Virus record (IMG/VR): IMGVR_UViG_3300038556_000051
Coordinates: 1-41,112 of that record
DNA from: a virus
Lineage: Duplodnaviria > Caudoviricetes
Reading direction: 5' to 3' (one strand)
Length of the DNA stretch: 41,112 nt
The notes beneath the pieces are model-generated. The model did no database searches. It was not told the origin of the DNA and was given only the letters and a program-made list of their open reading frames with translations. This document shows, one piece after another, positions 18,740 through 28,036 of this stretch. Each line of letters starts with the position of its first letter. Within the stretch, counting starts at the first letter, position 1. The position numbers were made by a program, and so were the translations under genes.

Positions 18740-18797
18740 GGTCGCACCTCCAGATTGATGACGATCGACGATCAGCCGACATATGTCGGCCCGTTCT

Positions 18798-19163
18798 TCA
18801 CGGCTCTGGCGAACCTGCCGGATCGACAGCGGTCCGCGCGACCCACGCGCTCAGCACAGCTGCCATTTCCTCGGGCGTCTGCGCTCGAGGCGCCGGTGAT
18901 GGCGCCTCGCGCCGCTTTAAAAGCGACGCCAGCTTCGGCACCTTGCGCGGATTGTCGCCGTAGAAGCCGAGCACCGCGGTGTGCCAGGCCAGATAAAGTG
19001 CTTCGTCCTGCCGGCTCTCCGCGGCGCGGACCCGACCGTCCAGGGCCGCCGCAAGCGTGCGCGGCGTCTGCCGCCAGAACGCCTCAGGGTCGAATCCCTC
19101 GGCGCACCACGTGCGGAACAGGTCTAGCCAGTCCCAGCCTTTCGGGCCGTCCGAGGGTTTGCC
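18798..19163 (-). CDS. Tail assembly chaperone gpT-like part, expressed by -1 frameshift
   Basis: -1 frame ORF with FWRQTPR motif and no credible own start. Confidence 0.7.
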   Translation of the reverse strand, partial: GKPSDGPKGWDWLDLFRTWCAEGFDPEAFWRQTPRTLAAALDGRVRAAESRQDEALYLAWHTAVLGFYGDNPRKVPKLASLLKRREAPSPAPRAQTPEEMAAVLSAWVARTAVDPAGSPEP

Positions 19164-19477
19164 TTCGGACCCGTAGCTGCCGGCGGGAACACCCGGGAGA
19201 GCAGCTTGGCGCCGATCTCCGCCGTTGCTTCCAGTCCAGCCTCGCTGACGATCTCGCCGGCCTGTGCGAGCGAGCACGGGTGATGCTTCTGGAGCGCCGC
19301 CCAGACGATCGCGCGCACCGGTCTGATCGACGTGCCGCTCGCGAAGCTTACCGCGAACTCCGCAATGCCGACGTTCGTCAGGTCCTCGAGCTCGCAGATG
19401 GCGTTGATGTCGAGCACGAGGCGATAGGTCGCCTCGCCCGCGACGAGCTCGGCCTCGCCGAGCAGCGGGTTCGCCAT
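19124..19477 (-). CDS. Tail assembly chaperone gpG-like (GTA-gp10-like)
   Basis: MANPLLGE...NAICELE; located after the tail tube gene. Confidence 0.8.
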   Translation of the reverse strand: MANPLLGEAELVAGEATYRLVLDINAICELEDLTNVGIAEFAVSFASGTSIRPVRAIVWAALQKHHPCSLAQAGEIVSEAGLEATAEIGAKLLSRVFPPAATGPKANPRTARKAGTG

Positions 19478-19478
19478 A

Positions 19479-19907
19479 TCAGCTATCCGCCGCCTGGGTG
19501 ACGGCGCCCGCGATCCGGATCGTCACCGTCGCGGTCTGACGATCGTCGATCGGCGCGTTGCGCTCGTAGCCCTTGACGATGCCCTTGAAGGTGAACGCCT
19601 GGGCGGCGGTCTTGGCCGGTACCACGATCTTGCAGTCGCGCTGCGCGCCCGAGGCCTTGGCCGCGTTGATCAGGGTGTCGGTGGTCGAGCCCGCGATATA
19701 GTTGAGCTCGAGCGTGATCTCGCCCGGATCGATCAGGCCCGACACATATTCGCGCGTGCGGTTCGGCGACTCCATGTGGGTCGCTTCCACCTCGTCAACT
19801 TGCTCGTTCGGCAGCGATACCTGCATCACTTCCGCAAGCTTGGTCAGGGCCGTCCCGTTGTGCAGCCAGAACTGGCAGCCGTAGCCGATCTGAACATCGG
19901 TCGCCAT
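19479..19907 (-). CDS. Major tail tube protein
   Basis: VEATHMESPNRTREYVSGLIDPGE motif. Confidence 0.9.
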   Translation of the reverse strand: MATDVQIGYGCQFWLHNGTALTKLAEVMQVSLPNEQVDEVEATHMESPNRTREYVSGLIDPGEITLELNYIAGSTTDTLINAAKASGAQRDCKIVVPAKTAAQAFTFKGIVKGYERNAPIDDRQTATVTIRIAGAVTQAADS

Positions 19908-19919
19908 CGTGTCACCTCC

Positions 19920-20315
19920 TTAAGCGGCGGCCCACCAGAGCCGCATTTCCAAGATCCTGCGGAAGACGCGGATGCCCCCCGGCAGGTCCTCCGGTTCGAA
20001 CGAGCGCGCGCCTTCGAGAAAGCTGCGCTGGAATATGATGCCGCCGATCGTCGTCGCTGGCTCGAGCACCAGGACGACCGCGGTCGCGAGCGCCTTGGCG
20101 GCATCGGGCGTGGTCGCAAAGCAATCGATCTGCACCAGCGGCGATTGCAGCCCATGAGCGCCGTCGTGCGTGTAGGCCCGCCCCGGCGTGACCAGGCTGA
20201 GCATGAGGGACGGGAAGAGGTCCCCGCCGGGCCGCTCGTCCCAGGCCCCGCGATCGCCGACCAGAGCCGCGACGCTGGTCGCGGCCAGCAGGCGAGCGAG
20301 CAGCGCCTCTTCCAT
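19920..20315 (-). CDS. Tail terminator (DUF3168-like)
   Basis: MEEALLARLLA...ALVG.R and VQIDC motifs. Confidence 0.8.
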   Translation of the reverse strand: MEEALLARLLAATSVAALVGDRGAWDERPGGDLFPSLMLSLVTPGRAYTHDGAHGLQSPLVQIDCFATTPDAAKALATAVVLVLEPATTIGGIIFQRSFLEGARSFEPEDLPGGIRVFRRILEMRLWWAAA

Positions 20316-20482
20316 CAGCTGCGCGCGGCAGCGCCCGCCGCGTCGGCCGTCTCGACAAGCTCGACCAGGCCGGCGCCGACGAGCAGATCCGCGTCGTCGC
20401 CGGCATCATAGGTGTCGCCGGCACGCTTGCGCCACTTCCGTCCGTAGCGGTTGCCGTGCGGCTTCAGGGCTCGAACGATCAT
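20315..20482 (-). CDS. 55-aa phage protein (not in ORF track)
   Basis: MIVRALKPH...GDTYDAGDDADLLVGAGLVE; TGATG overlaps on both sides. Confidence 0.65.
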   Translation of the reverse strand: MIVRALKPHGNRYGRKWRKRAGDTYDAGDDADLLVGAGLVELVETADAAGAAARS

Positions 20483-20802
20483 CAGCTTCTCCTGACTGCG
20501 GTGATGTCGATCCCGGCTCTCTCGAAGGGAACGACCGATTCGATGTCCCAGCTCGCGCCGTCGAGGATCGCACGATCCCGCGGCGTCAACGTCCGGGTGA
20601 CGCTGTCCTTCAAGACGCGGATGGTGGCCGGCGCGCTACTGCCCTCCTGAGCGGCTGCGCGGCGTTCGCTGCCGGTGCCGTAGCGCACGTCGGCCCACCG
20701 GGTGGCGATCGCCGTCCAGGTCGCCACCTCGGCGCCCATGGGCGACTTGCTCACCGTCGCCCGCTCGAACACGACGCGCTTGTCGCGGTCGCCGGCGTTC
20801 AC
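20482..20802 (-). CDS. Head closure protein (SPP1 gp16-like)
   Basis: AG.RDKRV.F...W..IATRWA...G.E pattern. Confidence 0.85.
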   Translation of the reverse strand: MNAGDRDKRVVFERATVSKSPMGAEVATWTAIATRWADVRYGTGSERRAAAQEGSSAPATIRVLKDSVTRTLTPRDRAILDGASWDIESVVPFERAGIDITAVRRS

Positions 20803-21329
20803 AGGAACTCCATGCGATGAGGTGCCAGCAGGGCATCGACCCCGAGCGGGATCTCGCTCACGATATTGCCGACGTTCACCGCCTCCCGATTTCGATACCA
20901 GTGCGCGACCAGCATGAGGATGGCGGCGACCAGGTCTGCCGCGACCAGGCCGGCATCGTAACCGGCCGTGACCTGGACGAGGATCGCCTCGGAGCCGGCG
21001 CCGGTTGCGGGCCAGCTGGTGCCCGTCGCCGGCATCAGCCGCGGGCGGTAGCGGCGCGCGATCAGGCGCGCTCCGGTGAGCGTCTGCGTGACGCCACCCG
21101 GATCCAGGTAGGTGACCGTTCCCAATGCCGGCGCCGGCCAGGCCGGCACCTCGAGGCCGTCGGGGTCGAACTGATCGAAGGCGAACGTCACTTGCCGGCG
21201 GGTGAGCAGCTGGCCGGTGTAGCGCTCGACATGCGCCCCGGCGGCGTCGATGAAGCGCTGGATCAGGACATCATCGTCGCTGCTGTCGACGCGGAGCTGC
21301 AGCTTCGCCTCTGCCAGGGTGATCGGCAT
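20799..21329 (-). CDS. Head-tail connector (gp6-like)
   Basis: ITLAEAKLQLRVD..DDD.LI and AILMLVAHWY.NREA motifs. Confidence 0.9.
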   Translation of the reverse strand: MPITLAEAKLQLRVDSSDDDVLIQRFIDAAGAHVERYTGQLLTRRQVTFAFDQFDPDGLEVPAWPAPALGTVTYLDPGGVTQTLTGARLIARRYRPRLMPATGTSWPATGAGSEAILVQVTAGYDAGLVAADLVAAILMLVAHWYRNREAVNVGNIVSEIPLGVDALLAPHRMEFL

Positions 21330-21355
21330 GATCGTCAGCTCTCCGGTCCATCAAG

Positions 21356-21383
21356 GAGGGGCAGGCCTTCCGGCCCGCCCCTC
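21356..21383 (-). other. GC hairpin with GGAA tetraloop between head genes
   Basis: GAGGGGCGGGCC-GGAA-GGCCTGCCCCTC on the - strand. Confidence 0.45.
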
Positions 21384-21409
21384 GCCCCCGCTCCCGCCAG
21401 CGGTCGTCG

Positions 21410-21655
21410 TCAGCTCTCGCCCGGGGGCGCCTGCTCACCGTCTCCCTCGGCCTGCGGCTCGCCGCCCTCGGCCGCCGGCGCCGCCGTGGACGGCTTGCTC
21501 TTGGCCTTCGACCTGGCCTTGCCGCCCGCGTCCGCCAGCTCGGCGACGCCGGCGGCGATCAGGGCGGTTGCCACCGCCTCGTCGAAGCCGGCCACCTCGC
21601 CCGAGTTGTAGATCCGGTACTGGCGGACGAACCGGACCGCCGTCACGCCGCTCAC
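21410..21655 (-). CDS. Small head-region protein
   Basis: GTGA overlap with the upstream stop; VRFVRQYRIYNSGEVAGF...A.ALIAAGVAE. Confidence 0.7.
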   Translation of the reverse strand: MSGVTAVRFVRQYRIYNSGEVAGFDEAVATALIAAGVAELADAGGKARSKAKSKPSTAAPAAEGGEPQAEGDGEQAPPGES

Positions 21656-22107
21656 TGCGGCAACCTCGCAGCGCCGCCGAACACGATCGCGGCCGCGACC
21701 GTGGCGGTGTCGGTGTTCGCGGCCGACAGGTCGGGCGTGAAGTTCAGCCGCAGGTAGCGCCTGGCGCCGCGCAGCGACACGTTCGCCTCGAGCTGGCCCG
21801 TCGGCGAGCCGGCGCCGGTGGCAACCACCGCGGGCGTGGCGCTGGCCAGCGTGGCCGCGTCCGACAGGTTGGCGGCGTCCCCATGCTGCAGCGTCCAGCC
21901 GAGGCTGAGCGTCTGCGACGCGGCGAGCGTTGCCGCCCAAAGCAGGGCCAGCACCGCGCTCTCGGGCAGGCCGAGCGCGTGGCGATCGATGATGACGCCG
22001 GTGACCAGCGTGTTGTCGCCGGCACCACCCGCGGTGAGCGAGGTGTTGGCGGCTGCGCGGCGGACGCTGATCTCGTCGCCGACCGCGCGCATTCCAGTGA
22101 TCGACAT
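21652..22107 (-). CDS. Capsid decoration/cement-like protein
   Basis: 151 aa, beta/Ala-rich, directly after the capsid gene; RRYLRL motif. Confidence 0.65.
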   Translation of the reverse strand: MSITGMRAVGDEISVRRAAANTSLTAGGAGDNTLVTGVIIDRHALGLPESAVLALLWAATLAASQTLSLGWTLQHGDAANLSDAATLASATPAVVATGAGSPTGQLEANVSLRGARRYLRLNFTPDLSAANTDTATVAAAIVFGGAARLPQ

Positions 22108-22168
22108 GTCGTGTCTCCCATTTCAGCCCTGATCGGGCGGCGCCAGGCGCGACCCAGGGGCATTCTGT

Positions 22169-22193
22169 CCGGGCCGGCACCGCGCCGGCCCGG
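22169..22193. other. 10-bp stem hairpin downstream of the capsid gene
   Basis: CCGGGCCGGC-N5-GCCGGCCCGG. Confidence 0.45.
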
Positions 22194-22209
22194 GTCAATC
22201 ATCCGCGGA

Positions 22210-23523
22210 TCAGGGGATCCAGATGACGGCGGTCAGCACCGCGATCGCGGCGAGGTGGCGGGTGCCGATGTCGTGCTGCTGGATCGCCCGCATGACGGTC
22301 TCGTCGCGGCTGAAGGCCGACTGCATCTGCGCGTTCGCGTCCACATAGGCGCCCTCGGTCGTCATCGCGATCTCGAGGCCCATGTGCTCGCCGACCACGA
22401 TCTGGGCGAAGTCGACGAGGTAGATCTCCGACTCGTTGCCGCCGCCGCCCAGGTTGGTCGGGATCTGCGTGGTCGTCTTGTACGGCTTGCCGCGTAGCTC
22501 GCCGTTCGACATCTCCGGGAAGACCCGGTTGCCGTTGCCGTCGCGCAAGTTCTCGAGGTACTTCTTCGTGCGCGGCGCGAACAGCCAGGTCGGCCGCAGC
22601 ATCGGCACGTCGGCATTCTCGATGGCGAGCTCGAGGCGGCCCAGATCCGAGAGCACGTTGACCATGTTCGCGGTCGCGTTCGCGGTCAGGATGTGGGTCG
22701 TCTCGGTGGCGAAGCCGGTGTGCTGGAAGCGCAGGCCCCGCGGGCTGAACTCGGTGCCGGCGCCGCGGATGAACGCCAGATCGCCGCGGACCGCGAGCGA
22801 GAGCGTCAGGTCGTCGCGGACGACGCGGTCGGCCGCGACCGACGCGGCGCGCAGCAGGTCGTTGCTGATCGGCACCAGCGCCGCCAGTTTCTTGGCCGAC
22901 AGCTTCACCTGCCCGAAGGTCAGGCCGGTTGCCGGCGCATTCTGTTGCTCGCCGATGTAGCTCGCGTTCGAGCCCGTCGCCTGGCGCCCCATGGTCATGT
23001 TGGCGTTCGGCATCGGCACCACGATCGGGTTTGACGACATGATCACCGACTGCGGCCGCAGCAGCTCGATGATCTCGGACGACACGTCCTCGGGCACCAG
23101 GAAGCCGCCGGCGCCGCCGGAGTTCATGTTCTGGTTGGCGAACAGGGCGCTGTCGCCCCAGCCTTCTGCGATCTGTTGCGCGACGATCGGGATGCCCTTG
23201 GCAGCCGCCAGCGCGCGCGTCATGCGGGCGAAGGTGATGCCCTTCTCGACCGCCTGAGCCGGCACGGTGGTGCGGTCGCCGGCAGGGCCGCCGGGCATAT
23301 CCGGCACCGGGCGAGCGGCCGACGCCTTGAGCTCGAGGATTTTCTCCTCGCGTGCGATCGAGGCCTGCAGCTGCTTGGCCTCCTGCTCGGACGCCTCGAA
23401 CGCGGCCAGCTCCTCGGCCGTCAGATCCTGCTCGCCCTCGGGTCGGGCCGACGCCGTCGCCAGGATGCCGTCCATGTTCTGGGTGACGGCCGCCAGGCGC
23501 TTCTTCAATGCAATGAGACGCAT
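22210..23523 (-). CDS. Major capsid protein, HK97 family
   Basis: Coiled-coil delta domain; GGFLVPE and KLAALVPISNDLL motifs. Confidence 0.95.
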   Translation of the reverse strand: MRLIALKKRLAAVTQNMDGILATASARPEGEQDLTAEELAAFEASEQEAKQLQASIAREEKILELKASAARPVPDMPGGPAGDRTTVPAQAVEKGITFARMTRALAAAKGIPIVAQQIAEGWGDSALFANQNMNSGGAGGFLVPEDVSSEIIELLRPQSVIMSSNPIVVPMPNANMTMGRQATGSNASYIGEQQNAPATGLTFGQVKLSAKKLAALVPISNDLLRAASVAADRVVRDDLTLSLAVRGDLAFIRGAGTEFSPRGLRFQHTGFATETTHILTANATANMVNVLSDLGRLELAIENADVPMLRPTWLFAPRTKKYLENLRDGNGNRVFPEMSNGELRGKPYKTTTQIPTNLGGGGNESEIYLVDFAQIVVGEHMGLEIAMTTEGAYVDANAQMQSAFSRDETVMRAIQQHDIGTRHLAAIAVLTAVIWIP

Positions 23524-23541
23524 TGGTGTGCTCCTTTGGTG

Positions 23542-24465
23542 TTAAAGCGAGGCGCGCAGCTGCGCGACCGCCAGGGTTGCCTCGGCGATGGTCCGCCTTG
23601 GCGCGGTCGGGGCGATTTGCTTCGCCAGCCGATCGATTGCGGCCGAGCGGAACTCGACGCGGTCGGCCATCTTGGCCGCCTTCGCATCGTGCCCGACCCT
23701 CAGATACTTGGTCGCGAAGTCCCGCTTCACGACGTCCGCCGTGACGCCGCGGCCCTGGGCGACGGCGTCGATGAACTCGGCCTCGATCGCGTCCGTCACC
23801 TCGCGGATCAGCGCCTGGCCGTCTTCGGTCGACATGTCGGGCCGCTTCGCCGCCGCGTTGCTGCTGACCACCTCGTAGGTCCGGCGGCCGCTCGCGTCCG
23901 GGCTCTCCTGCCGCTGCCCCGACATGATCACGCCGATGTTGCCGACCTGCGCGGTCGGATCGATCGAGATCTCGCGCATCTGGCTAACCAGCCAATAGGC
24001 CGCGCTCGCCGCCGTTCCCTCCACATGCGCGACGATCGGCGTCCGCATGCCGGCGATCTGCGCGGCAAGCCGACTAATGCCGGCCACCGCGCCGCCGCCG
24101 CTGTCGACCACGGCCAGGATCCGTCGCACGTCACGCGACGCATCCAGCGCCGCCAGGTCCGCGCCGAGCCCCTCGGCCGACAAGCCGCCGCTGATCTCGC
24201 TCATGAGCGTCGCCCGGGGCATGATCGGCCCGATCAGCGGAACCATGGCGACGCCGTCGGCGACCATGACCGCGGACCGGGTGCCCGGCACGCGCTCGCC
24301 GGTGGCCGCCTCGAACGCCGCGAGGCGCTCGGCATGCCCGTCGAACGCGATACGCGCGACCGCGTCGCCCCCTTCGAGGCGAAGGGCGATCTCCTCGATC
24401 GCGGCCAGCCACTCGGGCAGGATCGCCCAGGGCTGCGCGCGGATCGCTGCAACCAGTCTCGACAT
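23542..24465 (-). CDS. Prohead protease, S49 family
   Basis: VDSGGG, AASAAYWL and G.IGV motifs. Confidence 0.9.
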   Translation of the reverse strand: MSRLVAAIRAQPWAILPEWLAAIEEIALRLEGGDAVARIAFDGHAERLAAFEAATGERVPGTRSAVMVADGVAMVPLIGPIMPRATLMSEISGGLSAEGLGADLAALDASRDVRRILAVVDSGGGAVAGISRLAAQIAGMRTPIVAHVEGTAASAAYWLVSQMREISIDPTAQVGNIGVIMSGQRQESPDASGRRTYEVVSSNAAAKRPDMSTEDGQALIREVTDAIEAEFIDAVAQGRGVTADVVKRDFATKYLRVGHDAKAAKMADRVEFRSAAIDRLAKQIAPTAPRRTIAEATLAVAQLRASL

Positions 24466-24481
24466 GATCGTGTGCCTTTCG

Positions 24482-25747
24482 TCAGGGTTCGACGGGCGGC
24501 GGCGCGCCGGCGCCTTCGAGCTGGCTCCCCGAGCCCATCCGGAACCGATCGCCGCCGGGCCGCGCGCGCATGTTCTCGCGCCGGCGCGCCTCGTCGGGGT
24601 TCATGATCCCCTTGTCGATCGCCATGCCGTAGGCCTCGAACCGGCTCTTGATGTCGCCCTTCAGGAGCGCATCGGGCAGGAACTCGAAATAGTGGCCGGG
24701 CTCGGCAAAGAAGAACGTCGCGGCGCTCGCGACCCGCTCATAGTGCGGGCCCATGTTGTAGATCACGAACTCGAGGCTCTGCTGCTCGATGTTCGAGAAG
24801 GTCGCACGGCTCAGCTCGAACAGCAGATGCGGCGGAACGCCGAACGCACGCGCGACCTCGACAACGCCGAACTGCCGCGCCTCGAGGAACTGGCTCTCCT
24901 TGTTCGGCGTGCCCAGCGACTTCACGTCGGTGTCCTGGTCGAGCACCGCGGGCTCGCCGGCATTCGCCGGGCCACCGTAGAGCGCCTTCCAATCCTCCCG
25001 GATCTGCCGCTTCACGTCCCGGTCGACCTTGCCCTTGAGCTGCAGCGCGATCGGCGGCTGCGAGTTGTTCTGCCAGAACCGGGCGGCGTATTCGGCGGTG
25101 TTTCGGGCGCCGCGGAGCGCGGTGTCCATCAGGTTGATCCGATCAAAGCCGGTCAGGCCGTTGCGGCTGAAGCCCGGCACGTACCAGCAGCTGGCGCGCG
25201 TCAGCCGCTCGCGGCCGCCGCTCGGCAGCGTGCAGTCGTAGAACACCTCGTAGCCGTCGTTCTTGTCCCAGCTCGTCGACATGCCGACGCCGTACGGATC
25301 CAGCCGGGTGAGCTGGTCGGGCTGGAACATCTGGTCGCGATGCACGAAGGCCGCGAACTTACCGGCGAACAGCATGTCGCCGAGCATCACCTCCTTGAAC
25401 AGGAACGGCGACTGGATCCCGTTCGGGCGATCGTGGAACAGGCCGTAGAGCAAGCTGCTCTCAGCCCGCTCCGGGCCATCCGGCGTGCGCCGATAGTAGA
25501 TCATCGGCGTCATCGCGAAGACGCCACAGAGGATCTCCGCCGCGCGCAGCACTGCCGGCAGGGTCAGCGCGTCGCGGACCCCGACGCGGCCGAACACCCC
25601 GCCGCTGCCCCCGGTGAGCGCGATCCAGGCATTGCCGCCCATGCCGGCTTCCGGCCCGGTCAGCTGGTTGGCGCTGGCGATCGGGCCGGGCACGGCTCCC
25701 CCGGCGCTGCCACCAAGCCAGCGCGAGAGGTTGCTCCAAAGGCCCAA
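24482..25747 (-). CDS. Portal protein, HK97 family
   Basis: QFLEAR...EVARAFGVPPHLL...TFSNIEQQ. Confidence 0.95.
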   Translation of the reverse strand: MGLWSNLSRWLGGSAGGAVPGPIASANQLTGPEAGMGGNAWIALTGGSGGVFGRVGVRDALTLPAVLRAAEILCGVFAMTPMIYYRRTPDGPERAESSLLYGLFHDRPNGIQSPFLFKEVMLGDMLFAGKFAAFVHRDQMFQPDQLTRLDPYGVGMSTSWDKNDGYEVFYDCTLPSGGRERLTRASCWYVPGFSRNGLTGFDRINLMDTALRGARNTAEYAARFWQNNSQPPIALQLKGKVDRDVKRQIREDWKALYGGPANAGEPAVLDQDTDVKSLGTPNKESQFLEARQFGVVEVARAFGVPPHLLFELSRATFSNIEQQSLEFVIYNMGPHYERVASAATFFFAEPGHYFEFLPDALLKGDIKSRFEAYGMAIDKGIMNPDEARRRENMRARPGGDRFRMGSGSQLEGAGAPPPVEP

Positions 25748-25750
25748 GTC

Positions 25751-27472
25751 TCAGATCCCCGTATACTCGAAACTGCCTGCCGCCGCCGGATTGCGGGCCA
25801 TCAGCATGAACGCATTGAACAGCGCGATCAGCGGATCGATCTTGGCCACGCCGGCGGCCTGCTTCTCGATCAGCACCGCGTTGCCGCGCTGCAGCGCCTT
25901 CGCGTTTGACACGCACCAGGCCATCAGCGCCTGCTGCGCCGGGCTGAACGTGCCGTCCATAAGCTTGCGAACCGCGCCCTTGGTCGCCGGCATGAGCCGC
26001 CAGCCCTGCGCGATCGCCTTCATCTGCGCGTCGCTGATCCCGATCTCGACCAGCGCGTCGACCAGGTCGGCGACATGCGCCGAATCGAGCCCGATCGCCG
26101 CGTCCTCCGGCAACAGGCCGGCGTCCATCAGGCTCTTCACGATCGCGGCGACGCCCGCCAGGTCATCGGTCGGGCTGTCGCAGAAGGTCAGGTCACCATC
26201 CCGCTCGAAATCGAACAGCCGCGACGCGATCGCCTCCCGGATCTCGAGCACGCCGCGGAACGCGAACGCATGCCCCCAACCGAGCCACCGGCGGGTCTCG
26301 CGCTCGCGCCCGATCACATAGACGCCGAGCAGGTCGTCATGCCCGCCGCCGTCGATCCCGACCACGGCCACCTCCGACCGCGCGATCAGCTCGTCGAGGG
26401 TGAGCGGCTGCGCCGCCCGTTCCCAATAGTCGGCGCCACCCCAGCGATCGCCCTGGAGGGCTAGGCCGATCTGGATGTTCAGGTGCTGCGAGCACCAGAT
26501 CCTGACCGCCTCCTCGCCCTTCGTCCGCTCCGCCTCGAAGTCGGCGACGAGCATGTCAAGGCGTAGCGACCGCCCGAGGTTCGGCAGCACCATCGGCCAC
26601 CAGTTCGGATCCAGCCAGGGCCGGTTCCGATCTTTCTGCAGCTCCTCCGGAAACTCGTAGAGGAGCGGCAGCATCTGCGCCGCCGGCCCGGTCACCTTGC
26701 CATCTCTGATCGCCCGGGCCAGCTCGAGCGTCATCTTGAACTCGCCCGCCGGCGGCTGATCCGACTGCGTCGTAATCATCACGCCAAAGCCGCCTGGCCG
26801 GGCGAGCAGGCCCCCCCGCAGCTGCCGCATGACGCGCTGCGCATAGGCCATCTTGCCGAGCACGTGGATCTCGTCGACCAGGTAGCCCTTCGGGATCGTG
26901 CCCGTCGCGATCTTCTCGTCGAAGGTTGCGACCTTCAGGATCGTCTTGGTCTTGAGGTCCTCGATCTCCTTCAGCTGGTCGCGGATGTGAAATCGCGACT
27001 GCAGCACGCCCTCCCGGTCGGCCGCGATCATGCCCTTCGCCTGGGCGAACCCGCGATCGGCGATCGCCTGCGTCGGCCCGTAGAGGCCGTAGAACTGGTT
27101 CGGCTCGTCGTCGACGAGGAGCGAGCCGAGCATCAGCCCGGCCGCGTTCGTCGTCTTCGAGTTCTTCTTGGGCACGAGCACGAAGAGCTCGCGCACGCGC
27201 CGCCGGCCCGTGTGGTCGATCGACCCGTGCAGCGCGGCGACCGCGTCCCGGAACCAGTCCCCGGCCGCCTCGAGCAGCTCCGGCTGCCCGGGCACGTCGG
27301 GCAGCCGGAGCTTGTTGAAGATCCCAACCGCGCGCGCCGCTGCGACCTTGTCGAGCGGCAGCTGCGGCATGATCGATGCGCCGGTGCGCAGCCGTTCCTT
27401 CCAGTCCGGAACAGCGAAGCTCCAATCGTCCGACCCGCCCGCCAGGGCGGTCAGTTCAGCAGCTGGCCCCAC
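25751..27472 (-). CDS. terL: Terminase large subunit (start uncertain: GTG 27472 or CTG 27454)
   Basis: Walker A VPKKNSKTT, Walker B LVDE, GIDGG..DDL nuclease motif, KIDP. Confidence 0.95.
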   Translation of the reverse strand: MGPAAELTALAGGSDDWSFAVPDWKERLRTGASIMPQLPLDKVAAARAVGIFNKLRLPDVPGQPELLEAAGDWFRDAVAALHGSIDHTGRRRVRELFVLVPKKNSKTTNAAGLMLGSLLVDDEPNQFYGLYGPTQAIADRGFAQAKGMIAADREGVLQSRFHIRDQLKEIEDLKTKTILKVATFDEKIATGTIPKGYLVDEIHVLGKMAYAQRVMRQLRGGLLARPGGFGVMITTQSDQPPAGEFKMTLELARAIRDGKVTGPAAQMLPLLYEFPEELQKDRNRPWLDPNWWPMVLPNLGRSLRLDMLVADFEAERTKGEEAVRIWCSQHLNIQIGLALQGDRWGGADYWERAAQPLTLDELIARSEVAVVGIDGGGHDDLLGVYVIGRERETRRWLGWGHAFAFRGVLEIREAIASRLFDFERDGDLTFCDSPTDDLAGVAAIVKSLMDAGLLPEDAAIGLDSAHVADLVDALVEIGISDAQMKAIAQGWRLMPATKGAVRKLMDGTFSPAQQALMAWCVSNAKALQRGNAVLIEKQAAGVAKIDPLIALFNAFMLMARNPAAAGSFEYTGI

Positions 27473-27909
27473 GACGTGCCCTTGCCTGCGTCGACCGCGT
27501 CGACAAGCGCCTGTTCCTTCTTGCCGAGTTTGGGCGCCTTCGGGCCCTTGTCGGCCTTCGGCGCGCCCGCGCCGATCCGCCACCGCTCGAGCTTCTTCTC
27601 GAGCAGCGACATCGCCGCGGCATTCCCGCGCTCCACCTGGTCGACGATCGCCGTCAGGTTCTTCGCCTCGAGCTCCATCCGCACCGTCCGCCGATAGGCG
27701 AGCTCATGAAAATAATGCTTCTGCAAGGTGCGGGTCGTGATCCCGAACGCCTCGGCGATCCGCTCTTCGTCATAGCCGAGCGCCAGCCACAGCAGCACTT
27801 TTTGGCGGTTTTCTGCGGTTGCCTCGTGGGCCGGCCGACCGCGGCCGCGGCGGCTGAGCCGGATCGGATTGCCGAACAGGTCGACGGCGGCCCCGAATTC
27901 CTCGCTCAC
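27451..27909 (-). CDS. terS: Terminase small subunit
   Basis: GRP, HTH (IA..GIT..TL.KHY..EL) and GN..AM motif; directly upstream of terL. Confidence 0.8.
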   Translation of the reverse strand: MSEEFGAAVDLFGNPIRLSRRGRGRPAHEATAENRQKVLLWLALGYDEERIAEAFGITTRTLQKHYFHELAYRRTVRMELEAKNLTAIVDQVERGNAAAMSLLEKKLERWRIGAGAPKADKGPKAPKLGKKEQALVDAVDAGKGTSWGQLLN

Positions 27910-27990
27910 AAGAAAAAAATCTCCAAGTGCGGGAGGTGGCGGTGTGGGGGCCGAAGGCCTCCCAGAGATTGAACCACCCCCCCTCTGTTC
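27910..27990. other. Putative cos packaging region
   Basis: Between HNH and terS; - strand G-run GGGGGGGTGGTTCAATCTCT...ACCGCCACCTCC...GAGATTTTTTT, typical of HK97-like cos sites. Confidence 0.6.
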
Positions 27991-28036
27991 CGACTGGTCG
28001 CGGGGCTCGCACCCGCCGCCCGGCTCTCGCCGGTCC

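Noticed and set aside
11060-27909. Gene transfer agent interpretation of the head-tail cluster
   Set aside because: Linked integrase, cI/cro, replicase, HNH and cos-like site indicate a genuine prophage
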